This document shows positions 1 to 11,690 of a stretch of DNA of 64,000 bases, piece by piece (within the stretch, counting starts at the first letter, position 1; every line of letters begins with the position of its first letter). Under the pieces are notes generated by a model. That model worked only from the letters and a program-made list of their open reading frames with translations, was not told the DNA's origin and did no database searches. A program made the translations under genes and the position numbers. The stretch comes from Octopus sinensis (Eukaryota), in assembly GCF_006345805.1 (NCBI RefSeq), contig NW_021835954.1, positions 186,001 through 250,000 of the forward strand. Direction: 5' to 3'.

Positions 1-71
1 CCCTAGCTTGGTTAGCCATACCTGCACCGATACACATTAGGGAAGATATTGAAGAAACAAGTGACACTTAC

Positions 72-186
72 ATGACAGTATTAATACCACATAACTGTTG
101 AAAGAGCTGTAAACCGCAGCCAACTACTAAGGCACGACGTACTGTTTTGCTTTGAAAGATTCTCTTCAAATTATAGATGAGACTAC
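72..186 (-). CDS. SLC2A13: SLC2A13-like coding exon 4 (115 nt); gene continues beyond window start
   Basis: (G)[37 protein letters not shown](M) with the QQLxGIN motif. Acceptor ttttcag|, donor AT|gtaagt. Confidence 0.92.
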
Positions 187-378
187 CTGAAAAATATAGA
201 GGAGATTTTGTTAAGTCATTGATAATAGAATCAATATGGTAAACATCAACAGCAATCAGCATCATAATCAACAACAGCAGCATTGTTAAAACATCTACTT
301 TTCCATGCTTGTATGAAATGGATAGAATTTACTAAGGCAGATTTTCTACTGTGTAGTCTGGCCAATAGTATGGACTGG

Positions 379-1585
379 TCATTTCTCGCTGAGGACATGC
401 GTAAGCTCGCGAGAAATGAAGCTAGTATGCTCTGTTGGATGTGTAATGTCAGTGTTCATAGTCGACAGAGTGTAAGTACCTTGAGAGAAAAGTTGGACCT
501 AAGAGGAATCAGATGTTGTGTGCAAGAGAGACGATTGCGCTGGTATGGTCATGTGGTGAGAATGGATGAAGATAGGTGTGTGAAAAAGTGCCACACCCTG
601 GCAGTTGAGGGGACCTGTGGAAGAGGTAGACCCAGGAAAACCTGGGTCGAGGTGGTGAAGCACGGCCTTCGAACTCTAGGTCTCACCAAGGAAATGACCA
701 GAGACCGAGACCTATGGAAGTATGCTGTGCGTGAGAAGACCGGCAAGACCAGTGAGAACAATCAAGATCAAATCATATATCAGAAAGCAGGGGTTAAGTG
801 ACCCATCTGTTCGTGTCCGCTGTCAGCCTCGTCTGGCACCCGTGCCGGTGATACGTAAAAGCACCATTCGCTCGTGGCTGTTTGCCAGCTCTGCCTGGCC
901 CCGTGTCGGTGGCACGTAAAAGCACCATCCGTTCGTGTTCGTTGGCAGCCTCGCCTGGCCCCGTGCCGGTGACACGTAAAAGCACCGTCCGTTCATGGCC
1001 GTTTGCCAGCTCTGTCTGGCCCCGTGTCGGTGGCATGTAAAAGCACCATCCGTTTGTGTCCGTTGCCAGCCTCGGCTGGCCCCCGTGCCGGTGACACGTA
1101 AAAGCACCGTCCGCTCGTGGCCGTTTGCCAGCTCTGTCTGGCAACCGTGTCGGTGGAACGTAAAAGCACCATCCGTTCGCGTCCGTTGCCAGCCTTGGCT
1201 GGCCCCCGTGCCGGTGACACGTAAAAGCACTGTCCATTCGTGGCCAGTTGCCAGCTCTGTCTGGCCCCGTGTCGGTGGCACGTAAAAGCACCATCCGTTC
1301 GTGTCCGTTGCCAGCATCGCCTGGCCCCGTGCCGGTGACACGTAAAAGCACCATCCGTTCGTGGCCGTTTGCCAGCTCTGTCTGGCACCTGTGCAGGTGG
1401 CACGTAAAAAACACCCACTACACTCGTGGAGTGGTTGGCGTTAGGAAGGGCATCCAGCCGTAGAAACACTGCCAGATCTGACTGGGCCTGACGAAGCCTT
1501 CCAGCTTCACAGACCCCAGTTGATCCGTCCAACCCATGCTAGCATGGAAAGCGGACGCTAAACGATGATGATGATGATGATGGAA
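379..1585 (+). mobile_element. RTE-clade LINE, 5'-truncated 3' end (RT C-terminus, 3'UTR, (GAT)n tail)
   Basis: ORF 283-801 has RRLRWYGHVVRM...RGRPRKTW, typical of the RTE C-terminus. The 3'UTR has GGCGTTAGGAAGGGCATCCAGC and ends in (GAT)n at 1562-1582. Confidence 0.8.
806..1410 (+). repeat. ~60-bp minisatellite (about 10 units, alternating A/B) in the RTE 3'UTR
   Basis: GTAAAAGCACC recurs about every 60-62 bp; two unit types alternate. Confidence 0.85.
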
Positions 1586-1662
1586 GGAAACTCAATCTTT
1601 AATCTGTTGTTTTACATTCAGCAGTTATATCTTAACCTTTTTGTTGCCATATTTCTGCTCTT

Positions 1663-3075
1663 TGTTTCAGTCTTACTAGCTGCATCGCCAAACTGATGGA
1701 ATCCTGAAACTTCTGGAAGTCTCACAGCCTCATCCAGCCGTCACAATTTGGATTTATTCCTAACTCCAGCTGCTGTAATCAACTCATTGAGTTTCTTGAG
1801 GACGTTACCCAAATCACTGATCGCGGATCCTGGGTGGATGTTGTTTACCTGGACTTTGCTAAGGCTTTTAACTCTGTGCCACACAAAAGACTTATGGTGA
1901 AGCTTTCTGCGTTGGGTGTAAGAGACGAACTCTATAACTGGTTGAAGTCCTTTATTTTCAGCCGAAAAGAGGTTGTCACAGTTCTAGGACAGCACTCTTC
2001 GCCCTATGAGATGACATCTGGTGTACCACAGGGATCTGTTCTTGGCCCCCTTTTATTTATTGCATATGTTAATGACATAGATGCCAACTTAAAGAATTCC
2101 ACAGTGCTGAAATATGCAGTTGACATCAAGCTGTACCTCGAAATAAAGAGGTCAAATCCTGTACACTATAGATCCCTATTGCAAGCAGACCTGGACACAA
2201 TGCAGCAGTGGATCATGGACTGGCAACTCAAGCTGGCTGTGGACAAATGTACCACCATGCATTTGGGGAGGAGAAACCCAGCGTCCACCTACTCCCTCCA
2301 CAACACTAGTCTCAAAAAGTCTTCATGTGAACGTGACCTGGGTGTTATTGTTGACTGATTTGTGTTGGACAAAACACATCGCTAAAATTGTCAAGAAGGC
2401 TGAGGGTGTCTTGGCATCACTCACCAAGTCCTTTGTGAGCCGCTCTCCGGCTATCTATCTGCGGCTTTATATAGCTATGGTAAGACCTCACCTGGAATTT
2501 GCATCACCGGTATGGAACCCCTATCTTGCCCAGGATATCAATCGTCTGGAAGCCATTCAGCGACGTGCAACCAAAAGAATACCCTCCATCAGGCATTTGC
2601 CATATCCTGAACACCTTACTTCCCTGGGCATGGACACATTGAAACTCCGACGTCTGGCAGCTGACTTGGCAGACACCCATAAAATTATTAACCATCTTAC
2701 AAACAATAACTCTGAGCATCTTTTCAAACTCCACCTGTCTAACACTCGTGGACATGTTTACAAAGCCAGAAAACAGCACAGCTCCCATGACTTCAGGAAA
2801 CATTTTTTCACGCTGAGAGTTGCTGAAGCCTGGAACAAACTGCCAGCATCAGTTCTTAGTTGTCGGAGCACTGGATCCTTCAAAACTTCCATGCTTTCTG
2901 AGATTCGCCAACACTACACCTGATTTTCTCCCCTCCATACACACGCAAGCATCTATCTGACTCATACACTGTTCGCTTTCCAGACATTTGTACATTACTG
3001 CATATGCTTTATATGCACTTTTGACAAGTTGTGGGGCACCTGAGCTCTGTATACAATAATTTCATTATTATTATT
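1663..3075 (+). mobile_element. CR1/L2-group LINE fragment (RT domain to 3' end), disrupted
   Basis: YLDFAKAFNSVPH, SGVPQGSVLGPLLF, YAVD (degenerate YADD), RPHLEFASPVWNP. Stop and frameshift near 2356; stop at 2923; (ATT) tail near 3065. Confidence 0.88.
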
Positions 3076-3624
3076 AATTTTGAAATTAATTGAAGAATTT
3101 AACAAAATAACTTTGTCAATATCAAGCTGGTATTTGCAACATAAATTAGCAGGAAATGTAAATGGCAAGTTTTAATTCAGACCACTTTAACCCTTTTGTT
3201 TCCATATTTCTGCTGAAATACACTGCCTTTTTTTTTACAATCAATTTTGGAAAAAAAAAAAGGCAAAGAACTCGTGAAATAACTTTGCCTTCATTAAGTT
3301 AGTGTTAGGAACATAAATTAGCACAAAACTTTGATGAAATGTTTTAATTTAGATTATTTTAAAACAGGAAGTTTTTAAATTATATAGGTCATTTTTGCCA
3401 AACTAATAAGTTATGGAAACATAAACAAACCAACATTGGTTGTCAAGCAGTATTAAGATGATTGTAAACAAAGACCTTGCATCAAAGAACCAAGGTTGGT
3501 CTCAAGTAGGGTGACATGAAAATGGCTCCTCAATTAAAGGAAGAATTTGAAAGGTTGTACTTAGAGTATCAGGTGGACTTAACCAGTAAAAGAGTAATCA
3601 AATAAAATTAGAATTTCTTTCATA

Positions 3625-4020
3625 TGGCGTAGGAGTGGCTGTGTGGTAAGTAGCTTGCATACGAACCACATGGTTGTGGGTTCAGTCCCACTGCGTGGCA
3701 CCTTGGCCAAGTGTCTTTTACTATAGCCTCGGGCCGACCAAAGCCTTGTGAGTGGATTTGGTAGATGGAAACTGAAAGAAACCTGTTGTATATATGCATA
3801 TATATGTATATATGTATGCGTGTGTATATGTTTGTCCCTCCAACATCGCTTGGTGTGTTTACATCCCCGTAACTTAGCGGTTCAGCAAAAGAGACCAATA
3901 GAATAAGTACTAGGCTTACAGAGAATAAGTCCTGGGGTCAATTTGCTCAACTAAAGGCGGTGCTCCAGCATGGCCGCAGTCAAATGACTGAAACAAGTAA
4001 AAGAGTAAAAGAGAGTAAAG
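3625..4020 (+). mobile_element. tRNA-derived SINE family B
   Basis: Head GGCGTAGGAGTGGCTGTGTGGTAAG...GGTTCAGTCCC and tail GGCCGCAGTCAAATGACTGAAACAAGTAAAAGA; several copies in the window. Confidence 0.8.
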
Positions 4021-4249
4021 AGTATGGGAGGAGTCCATATATTTTGGTGGGTGGGACACAATTTATTCTACCCCCCAATATACAACTGGTATATATTTAA
4101 TCCCCCAAAGGGAAGAAAAACCGAAACTGACCACAGGAGAATTTATTCTTAGAAAGTAAAGAACCACATGTGACTTTGGTTATTGTGCCATTTGTAACTT
4201 TACAAATTTTGGCATCCATTATCTTATAATCAAATATAATAACTTTTTT

Positions 4250-4475
4250 TTTTCTTTTATCTGTTTCAGTCATTAAAGTGTGGCCATGCTGGGGCACTGC
4301 CTTGAAGAACTTTTGGTTGAGTGAAATGATCCCGGTATTTATTTGTTTTTTGTTGTTTTTTTTTAAGACTGGTACTTATTATATCAGTTGTTTTTGCCAA
4401 ACCACTAAGTTATGAGAACACAAACAAACCAACTTTGGTTGTCAAGCAGTAGTTAAGTACAATAGGTACAAGCAG

Positions 4476-4531
<56 letters not shown>

Positions 4532-4682
4532 TATATGATGGGCTTCTTTCTACTAAATTCACTCACAAGGATTTGGTTGGCCCAAGGCTATAATAAAAAC
4601 ACTTGCCGACAGTACCATGCAGTAGGACTGAACCCAGAACCATGTGGTTGGGAAGCAAGCTTCTTTCCACACAGCTGCATCT
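4250..4682 (-). mobile_element. SINE family B, diverged copy
   Basis: Reverse-complement similarity to 3625-4020 along its length. Confidence 0.7.
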
Positions 4683-4757
4683 GCAAACTTTGTTATCCAT
4701 TATCTTAAAATAAAAAAAATAAAATAAAATGATAAAGTAAGAACTCGTTATAACTAC

Positions 4758-4957
4758 CATGCACTGGATTACTTTCGACGCTTTCTTTAATATTGGTAAA
4801 TTCCTCGTGAATGTCGTCTGTGGCACGAATATTTTTCAAGACTTTTGATGCTTCTTCGTGACGTCCTTTCGAAATGAGCCATCTTGGACTTTCTGGCAGA
4901 AAAATAAATCCTATCATTTGAATTACTGCAGGAATTCCGGCAAGCCCCAGCATATAT
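4758..4957 (-). CDS. SLC2A13: SLC2A13-like coding exon 3 (200 nt)
   Basis: (R)YMLGLAGIPAVIQMIGFIFLPESPRWLISKG...ESNPVH(G) with the PESPRWL sugar-porter motif. Acceptor ttttcag|, donor G|gtagtt. Phases 2 and 1. Confidence 0.92.
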
Positions 4958-5372
4958 CTGAAAATCAAAGAATCGAAATTAAATGAAATATTTAAATAGT
5001 TGAAGTAAATGAATAAAAAATGGTTTGAAACAGAATTTTGCAACTTTGAGAATCAACAAAAAAATTATTAATCAAGAATTAAGATTATTGTAATCACTAT
5101 TCTTCATTGCTCGCTCTAGTTGTGGTGGTGGTGGTCATATATAGAGTGCAGTAACCTTGGTATGGTCTTGCGAGCAGAGACAGAAGATAAATAGAGGTTA
5201 TAAATATGGAATAAACATGCAGACACATACACACATGCATATTATACATACATAGAGAGAGTGGGGGGGGTTGCTTAGGTGGGTGGATGGGTGGACGGAC
5301 AAACAGACAGACAGACAGACTGACTGACTGACCGACTGATGGCAAGCAGGCAGGTAGGCGGGCGGCTGGACG

Positions 5373-5403
<31 letters not shown>

Positions 5404-5436
5404 ACATAGATGGATGGATGGATGGATGGATAGACG

Positions 5437-5467
<31 letters not shown>

Positions 5468-5811
5468 ATATGGATGGATGGATGGATGGACGGACGGACG
5501 GACGGACGGACGGACAGACAGACAGACAGATAGATAGATAGTGGGCTTTCTGCAATATCACCTGGACTCTATCACAAGGTATATAAATGTAATTTCATAT
5601 TTAGAAAGGGCTTCCCTTAGATAGAGATTGAGTGCCCCTTCAAACATGGTGTATGAATGCATTGTTAATATGGACAACACTCCATGTTCTTCTATCCTCA
5701 CTCACTTCTACTCACCTTCTACGTTGAAGGTACCGGTCATCTCCCCTATTTTATCCTCCCATCTTCTCTTCTATAATGTGTGCAACCATGTGAGTAGCCA
5801 TGCAACTGAAG

Positions 5812-6200
5812 GCTCGTGGCTTAGTGGTCAGGGTATTTGGTTCACAATCATAAGGTCATGAGGCAGTGAGCTGGCAGAAACGTTAGAATGCCGGGCGAAA
5901 TGCGTCTGCCATTACGTTCTGAGTTCAAATTCCGCCGAGGTCGACTTTGCCTTTCATCCTTTTGGGGTCGATAAATTAAGGACCAGTTACACACTGGGGT
6001 CGATGTAATCTACTTAATCTGTTTGTCTGTCCTTGTTTGTCCTCTCTGTGTTTAGCCCCTTGTGGGCAATAAAGAAATAAGGTCATGAGTTCAATACCAA
6101 ACAGAACATTATGTCCTTGAGCAAGACACTTTATTTAACATTGCTCCAGTCCACTCAGCTAGCAAAAATGAGTTGTAGCTGTGGCTCAAATGACCAGATT
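5812..6200 (+). mobile_element. CORE-like SINE family C interrupted by a family A SINE (5863-6077)
   Basis: Family C head resumes after the insert; 12-bp duplication TAAGGTCATGAG at 5851-5862 and 6078-6089. Confidence 0.8.
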
Positions 6201-6737
6201 CTAAGTCACACTGAATCTCCCTGAGAACTGCATAAGGGTATTTGTGTCTGGGAAGTGCTCAAACACTTTCATGTTAATTTTACAAGCAGGCTGTCCCCTT
6301 GACTGGATCAACTGGAGCCCTCATCATCGTAACCAATTCAGTGCCGGTTATTAAAGCCATGTAGTTCTTCTACAGCAAGAAACCTCTTCTGTTCTGGCCA
6401 TTTCACTCATACACTAACCTCTTCATCTAGCATAAAGATGATTCTTTCTCTGCAGTAATCCCACTCAATCGAAAGGAATCTTATATTTGTAAGCTGCACG
6501 ATGACCTCACAAGTGCTAGTGCCCCCACCCCTCACCCCAGTACTCTCTTGTAAAGTGTTTGGCATTAGGAAGCACATCCAACCATAGAGACCATGCCAAA
6601 GCAGACATACATTGAGGCAGGATGCACTCCTCACATCCATCAGATCCTATCAGACCTCCAACACAAACCATCAAGGAAGATAGATGTTAAAAGACGATGA
6701 TGATGATGATGATGATGATGATAGTGGTGGTGATTAT

Positions 6738-6936
6738 GGCAAAATGCTTTCTGGTATTTCGTCTGCCGCTGCGTTCTGAGTCCAAATTCTGCCGAGGTCG
6801 ACTTTGCCTTTCATCCTTTCGGGGTCGATAAATAAAGTACCAGTTACGCACTGGAGTCGATATAATCGACTTAATCCGTGTGTCTGTCCCTGTTTGTCTC
6901 CTCTGTGTTTAGCCCCTTGTGGGTGGTAAAGAAAGA
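6738..6936 (+). mobile_element. SINE family A, 5'-truncated, in a (GAT)n tract
   Basis: GAGGTCGACTTTGCCTTTCATCCTTTCGGGGTCGAT body and GCCCCTTGTGGG...AAAGAAA tail. Confidence 0.8.
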
Positions 6937-6978
<42 letters not shown>

Positions 6979-7262
6979 AGTGGTGGTGATGATGATGGTG
7001 ATGATGGTGGTGAAATAAGCTAAGAAAAATAACTCAGAATGTCCAGTGGCATAGATACAAGTAATACAGACGAATAAAAGTATATCAAATACCATACAAA
7101 ATAAATTCTTGATTTATGGAAATTAGCACTGATGCTGGTGCCACATAAAAAGCGCCGAGTACATTCTGTGGAGCGTTTGGCACTAGGAAGGGCATCCAGA
7201 CAAAGAAGCACTGCCCTTTTCATTCTGAGCTATTAAAAAAAGCATAAACAAAGGAATATGGA

Positions 7263-7295
<33 letters not shown>

Positions 7296-7367
7296 GTAGT
7301 AGTAGTGGTAGTGGTAGTAGCAGAAGTAAGTAAGTAGGTAAGTAAACATGAAAACACTAGGACCTAC

Positions 7368-7524
7368 CTCCAGCCCTCTGGGACACAGCTAAAAAGTCCA
7401 TCCATTACACTAGCCACAAACTGGCCACCGGTGATGAAAAAGTTGTTCAGTGTTACCAGCTGACCCCGTATAGATACTGGTGCACATTCTGCTATATATA
7501 TGGGCACAGTGGTAGAGGCCAATC
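7368..7524 (-). CDS. SLC2A13: SLC2A13-like coding exon 2 (157 nt, not in the ORF track)
   Basis: Manual translation (G)[51 protein letters not shown](R) carries the PxYxxExxPxxxRG motif. Acceptor ttttacag|, donor AG|gtaggt. Phases 1 and 2 join exons 1 and 3 in frame. Confidence 0.92.
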
Positions 7525-7703
7525 CTGTAAAAGATATAGATTTGAATTATTTTTTTTTTCAATCTGTAGGCATAGTTATATGTATATATTTGCGTACATA
7601 AATATATATCCGAGTATGTATACGTATGGTTGTCTATATGAGTGTGTGCCTATGTTGTGTGTGAATGTATTTATACAAACGTGTATGCATATTTGTGTAT
7701 ATA

Positions 7704-7776
<73 letters not shown>

Positions 7777-7987
7777 TTCACTTGGGCATTGCGAGATTCA
7801 TAACCTGCTGTAGAACTCAATATAAGTATGTTTCAGAATGAAGTGCTAGATGAGTATAGAGCAGTAATAAGAAAAAGAGAGGACACAGGAAAAACAATAA
7901 TTTTACCTGTCATCTATTTTACTTATGTATATACAAGGGGTGCTGAAAACTTCCTGGCTTTAAGGGTTTGTCATCTTGTCTGTTGTT

Positions 7988-8033
7988 AACACAACGCTTC
8001 GGCTGATATACCCGCCAGCCTTCATCAGGTGTC
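7988..8033 (-). ncRNA. Hammerhead motif with core mutation (GAAA>GAAG)
   Basis: Same fold as 8873-8918 but A15.1>G breaks the A15.1-U16.1 pair. Confidence 0.6.
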
Positions 8034-8102
8034 TTGGGGGAAATTTCGAGCCTGGGTTCTCATTCCTAAGGCATTTTTCAATGTTGTTATTATTATTATT
8101 AT

Positions 8103-8655
8103 TGAGTGAGAGAGAAGTGCATGCCATCAAAGTGACACTGGGGTATAATATACGAAGCCCAGTATACCCATCATGACTACCCATCTGATAAGGGTACACC
8201 ATGCATATGCACCACAACCATGTGTGCGACATGGTGATGTCATATCAAGATAAACAGCACATGACCTTGCAGGTGGGGCCCAGTTAGAATTTTCTTCTGG
8301 TCGAGTAACCCATCCTGCTCAAAAGGTCCCTGAATAAGGGTTGTTTAAAGATGTTCAACGAAACACCCATGTTTCCAGAGGTGAATTATTCAAACCCCAA
8401 AGAATCCCTCTCAACACATGCCTATGTTGCTCCCCCACTACTTCTGCTCATGGTCAGAGATGCACATATCGTCAGCCACTAAGGGACATGGTCAACTGGT
8501 TAAGGTCAAACAACTGACAAGCAAATCTGTGGTATTGAGCAGAATATTTGCTGTAGCCCATCTTTAATACCAAGACAAAACAATGTACATGATAACACTT
8601 CCAATCAGTTAAGATCAGAAGCCATGAGAGCCACTGCCTGGTACTGCATCAGGGC
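8103..8655 (-). mobile_element. (TAA)n-flanked non-coding retroelement (R4/Dong-type 3'UTR or dependent SINE), 'U' family
   Basis: About 550 bp bounded on both sides by (ATT)n. Its 3' 300 bp recurs four times at 43971-46529 next to R4/Dong RLE elements. Confidence 0.6.
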
Positions 8656-8664
8656 ATTATTATG

Positions 8665-8707
<43 letters not shown>

Positions 8708-8768
8708 TCACTGCCTGGAATCGAACTCGGAATCCTGGGGTTAGTAGCCCGCGCTCTTTACCACTACA

Positions 8769-8965
8769 CCAGGATTCCGAGTTCGATTCCAGGCAGTGAC
8801 CTGAACAACAACAACAACAACAACATCGACAAATACCTTAGGAATGAGAACCCAGGTTCGAAATTTCCCCAAGACACCTGATGAAGACTGGAGGGTATAC
8901 TAGCCGAAACGTTGTGTTAACAACAAACAAGATGAAGACAAATATCCGTCAAATGTAAATAATGT
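8769..8965 (+). mobile_element. Second, 5'-truncated copy of the tRNA/hammerhead element, head-to-head with the first
   Basis: Perfect 37-bp inverted repeat 8702-8738/8769-8805, then (AAC)n and the same tail. Confidence 0.75.
8873..8918 (+). ncRNA. Minimal type I hammerhead ribozyme motif
   Basis: Stem I GACAC/GTGTT; core CTGATGA(A); stem II GACTGG/CTAGCC (1 mismatch, 1 wobble); GAAA; palindromic stem III ACGT; cleavage triplet GUU. Confidence 0.75.
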
Positions 8966-8967
8966 TG

Positions 8968-9293
8968 TCCCAATCACTCAGGAAAAGATTATGGCTTTAA
9001 ATATGGAAGTTTTACCCCATTTCCCTTAATCTCCTGACCTTGTTCCATTATCATCTTTGCATATCGTTGCAACATTTAGAGGGAAACTAGTTTAGTAACT
9101 GAGACGATATTGAGTATTTCTTTGCTTCAGAACCTAAAGAATTTTACACCCGAGGGATCATCAATTTGCCAAATAGATGGAATTATAACATCAATAATGA
9201 GGGGAAATGTCATCTTGATTAAATACATCAACCAAGGAAGCATTTGTTTTTTTCCCATCATGAAATGCGACAGGGCTTTTTCTCCAACTTAAT
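8968..9293 (+). mobile_element. mariner transposase C-terminal relic
   Basis: Degenerate LPH-x-x-SPDL motif followed by FFASEPKEFYTRGIINLPNRW; TIR-like end near 9280-9293. Confidence 0.65.
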
Positions 9294-10897
9294 AGTTTCA
9301 CAGAGGAAGTGTAGTGCTGTACTTGTTTATCTCGTGAGATAGAAGACGGTGATTTTTAATAAAATATCAACAGTATTAACTCTGGTGACGGCGATCCTCC
9401 GTATACTTCACTAGTACTAATTTTATCGACTCTAGAAGGACGAGAGGTGAAGTTGACCTGTGCAGTATTCGAAATCATAACTTAAAGAAGTGCAGCTAAA
9501 TACGCAAGGTATTTTGTCATTCCCTGTTCTTCTTACGAATCCTGACAACCAATCGACCTCACGTACAACGGAAACAATAAAACTGTAAGCAGAACATCTG
9601 TTGCAGAATTATGTCAGTCGGTTGTAACTAATCATTAAGTACAATGAACGTTCTAGCCTGTTCTTGTAACGGGAAAAATATATATAGTTATTATTTCTTA
9701 TCCCCTAAGCTAGAAAAGATGTGTATGCCTATTTGCTAGACATGTTACAAATAGCAGTGAATCACCTTCAAATCACATTACCATCTTAAAAGAAAGATAT
9801 ATTGGACAATGTAGTCTTAGATATATTTTACTTAAGTGCAAGCTAACGTATTTAAATGTAGTGAGCCACAAATAACGATTATGAAGCTGAAATTATACCA
9901 GTAGTTGAAAGAAAAATCCATTAGTGTTAATGGGGAAAAAATCTTTCCAAATGAGGATTAAGCTGGGGAAAAAACAGATCGTTACGATCTTGTTATAGTT
10001 GACCTGGGTCAAAGCCAGTCGGTCTCAAACAAAGAAATCTCAAAAGTTTCAAATCATCTTAATTGTGTTGTCCGCCCACATTTCAATCCTCACGGCGCCC
10101 CAGCACAAGGAAACACTTGGCTAAACAGCAATAATTTCACAGGCGGCTGGTTATCGACCAGAAAGAACATGTATTTAGCAAGTAGCTAACTAGTTTTTAC
10201 CAACCGTATGTAACAAGTATATCTATAAAGAAAATGCCGAAGTAAACCTACTTATTCAGCGAAACAGATCTAAGAAGTCACAAAAGCGATTCATATATAT
10301 GTCACCAGTCAGAAAAGAAAAAGATTATATTTCTTAGTATTTTAAGTCAATGAAAATCGTAAGCTAAGAGTGATATCTTCTTCGATATTTTATTCAGTCA
10401 ATCGATAATTACTTCAATCACTTTTAGAATGAAAGTAGGACAGGTTATTTTGAGTAAGGAGGGAAAGAAATAAGCAGAAACCTAAAAAAATCTATAGCAA
10501 TGTGCAATTGTTAATAAAGGTCAAAATCACTATCGGACAGAAATAGCAGATTGGTCTTTAAAGGTCTGCAAGAACGAGGCATAACTATTATAAGCATGCT
10601 ATTCTTTAGTCCCAAATCGTGCCATCTTGGATATTTGAAAATATACTGGGGTTTTTTTTTTGGTTTTTTGGGTTTTTTTCACACTATGGTAGGGTGTAGG
10701 TCAAGGAAATTTGGTTGCTATTTCTAGCAGGTAAAATAACCGGGTAGAGGCTCCCGCGTTGGCTCAGATACAAATAAACGTGGCAAGAAGAAATTATTAG
10801 TACTGGGGTAAAACAAAAAAAAAGTGACATGTATCGAGAATAGACGGTTATCTGTGGCAAAACAAGACCAAAGATGATGAGATCCTCAGGGATTCTA

Positions 10898-11024
10898 CCG
10901 GGTGTCCACAAAGTCTGGGTACATGGAGTAAATAAAACCATAACATTAAGAATTAAATATAAGAAATAATAATTTCTTAAAGTATGTGTTAATGCCCATG
11001 TACCCAGGCTTTGTGGACACCCTG
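10898..11024. mobile_element. Tc1/mariner-type MITE (127 bp)
   Basis: 29-bp TIR C(C/A)GGGTGTCCACAAAG(T/C)CTGGGTACATGG with 2 mismatches, flanked by TA at both ends. Confidence 0.85.
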
Positions 11025-11219
11025 TACACTGAGAAGGCACGAAATTGAAACAGGTAATGATGTGCCATTCTGCGTAACCCATCCTACTTTTGTGAATATT
11101 GTAAAACGGGTGGGAAAACCAGAATTATGATGATGATGATGATGATTACGATGTCCTACGCACGCAAACGCAATGGAATATTTACCCTTCTTCTTTCATG
11201 CAGATTATGTTAACTTACA

Positions 11220-11648
11220 TCATACATGCATACATACAATACATGTATGTATGTATGTATGTATGTATGTATGCATGTATGCATGTATGTATGTATGTAT
11301 GTATGCATGTATGTATGTATGTATGTATGTATGTATGCATGTATGCATGTATGTATGTATGTATGTATACAATATATGTATGTATACAATATATGTATGT
11401 ATGTATGCATGTATGTATACAATATATGTATGTATGTATACAATATATGTATGTATGTATGTATGTATGCATGTATGTATACAATATATGTATGTATGTA
11501 TGTATGTATGGAAGGATGTATGTATGTATGGAAGGATGTATGTATGTATGTATGTATGTATATATGTATGTATGTATGTATGTATGCATGTTTGTATGTA
11601 TGTATGTATGCATGCATGTTTGTATGTATGTATGTATGTATGTATACA

Positions 11649-11681
<33 letters not shown>

Positions 11682-11690
11682 TGTATGTAT
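11220..11690. repeat. (ATGT)n compound microsatellite
   Basis: Direct reading; interspersed ACAAT and GCAT variants. Confidence 0.95.

Larger units (their letters stand above)
7975..8770 (-). mobile_element. tRNA-headed SINE-like element with a hammerhead tail, interrupted at its (AAT)n by another insert
   Basis: Minus strand reads GGTGTAGTGGTAAAGAGCG...GAGTTCGATTCC (A and B boxes), (AAT)n, then CCTTAGGAATGAGAACCCAGG...GACAC CTGATGA AGGCTGG...TCAGCC GAAG CGTT GTGTT. Confidence 0.75.

Noticed and set aside
1486-1520. CTGACGA in the RTE 3'UTR
   Set aside because: No downstream stem II plus GAAA.
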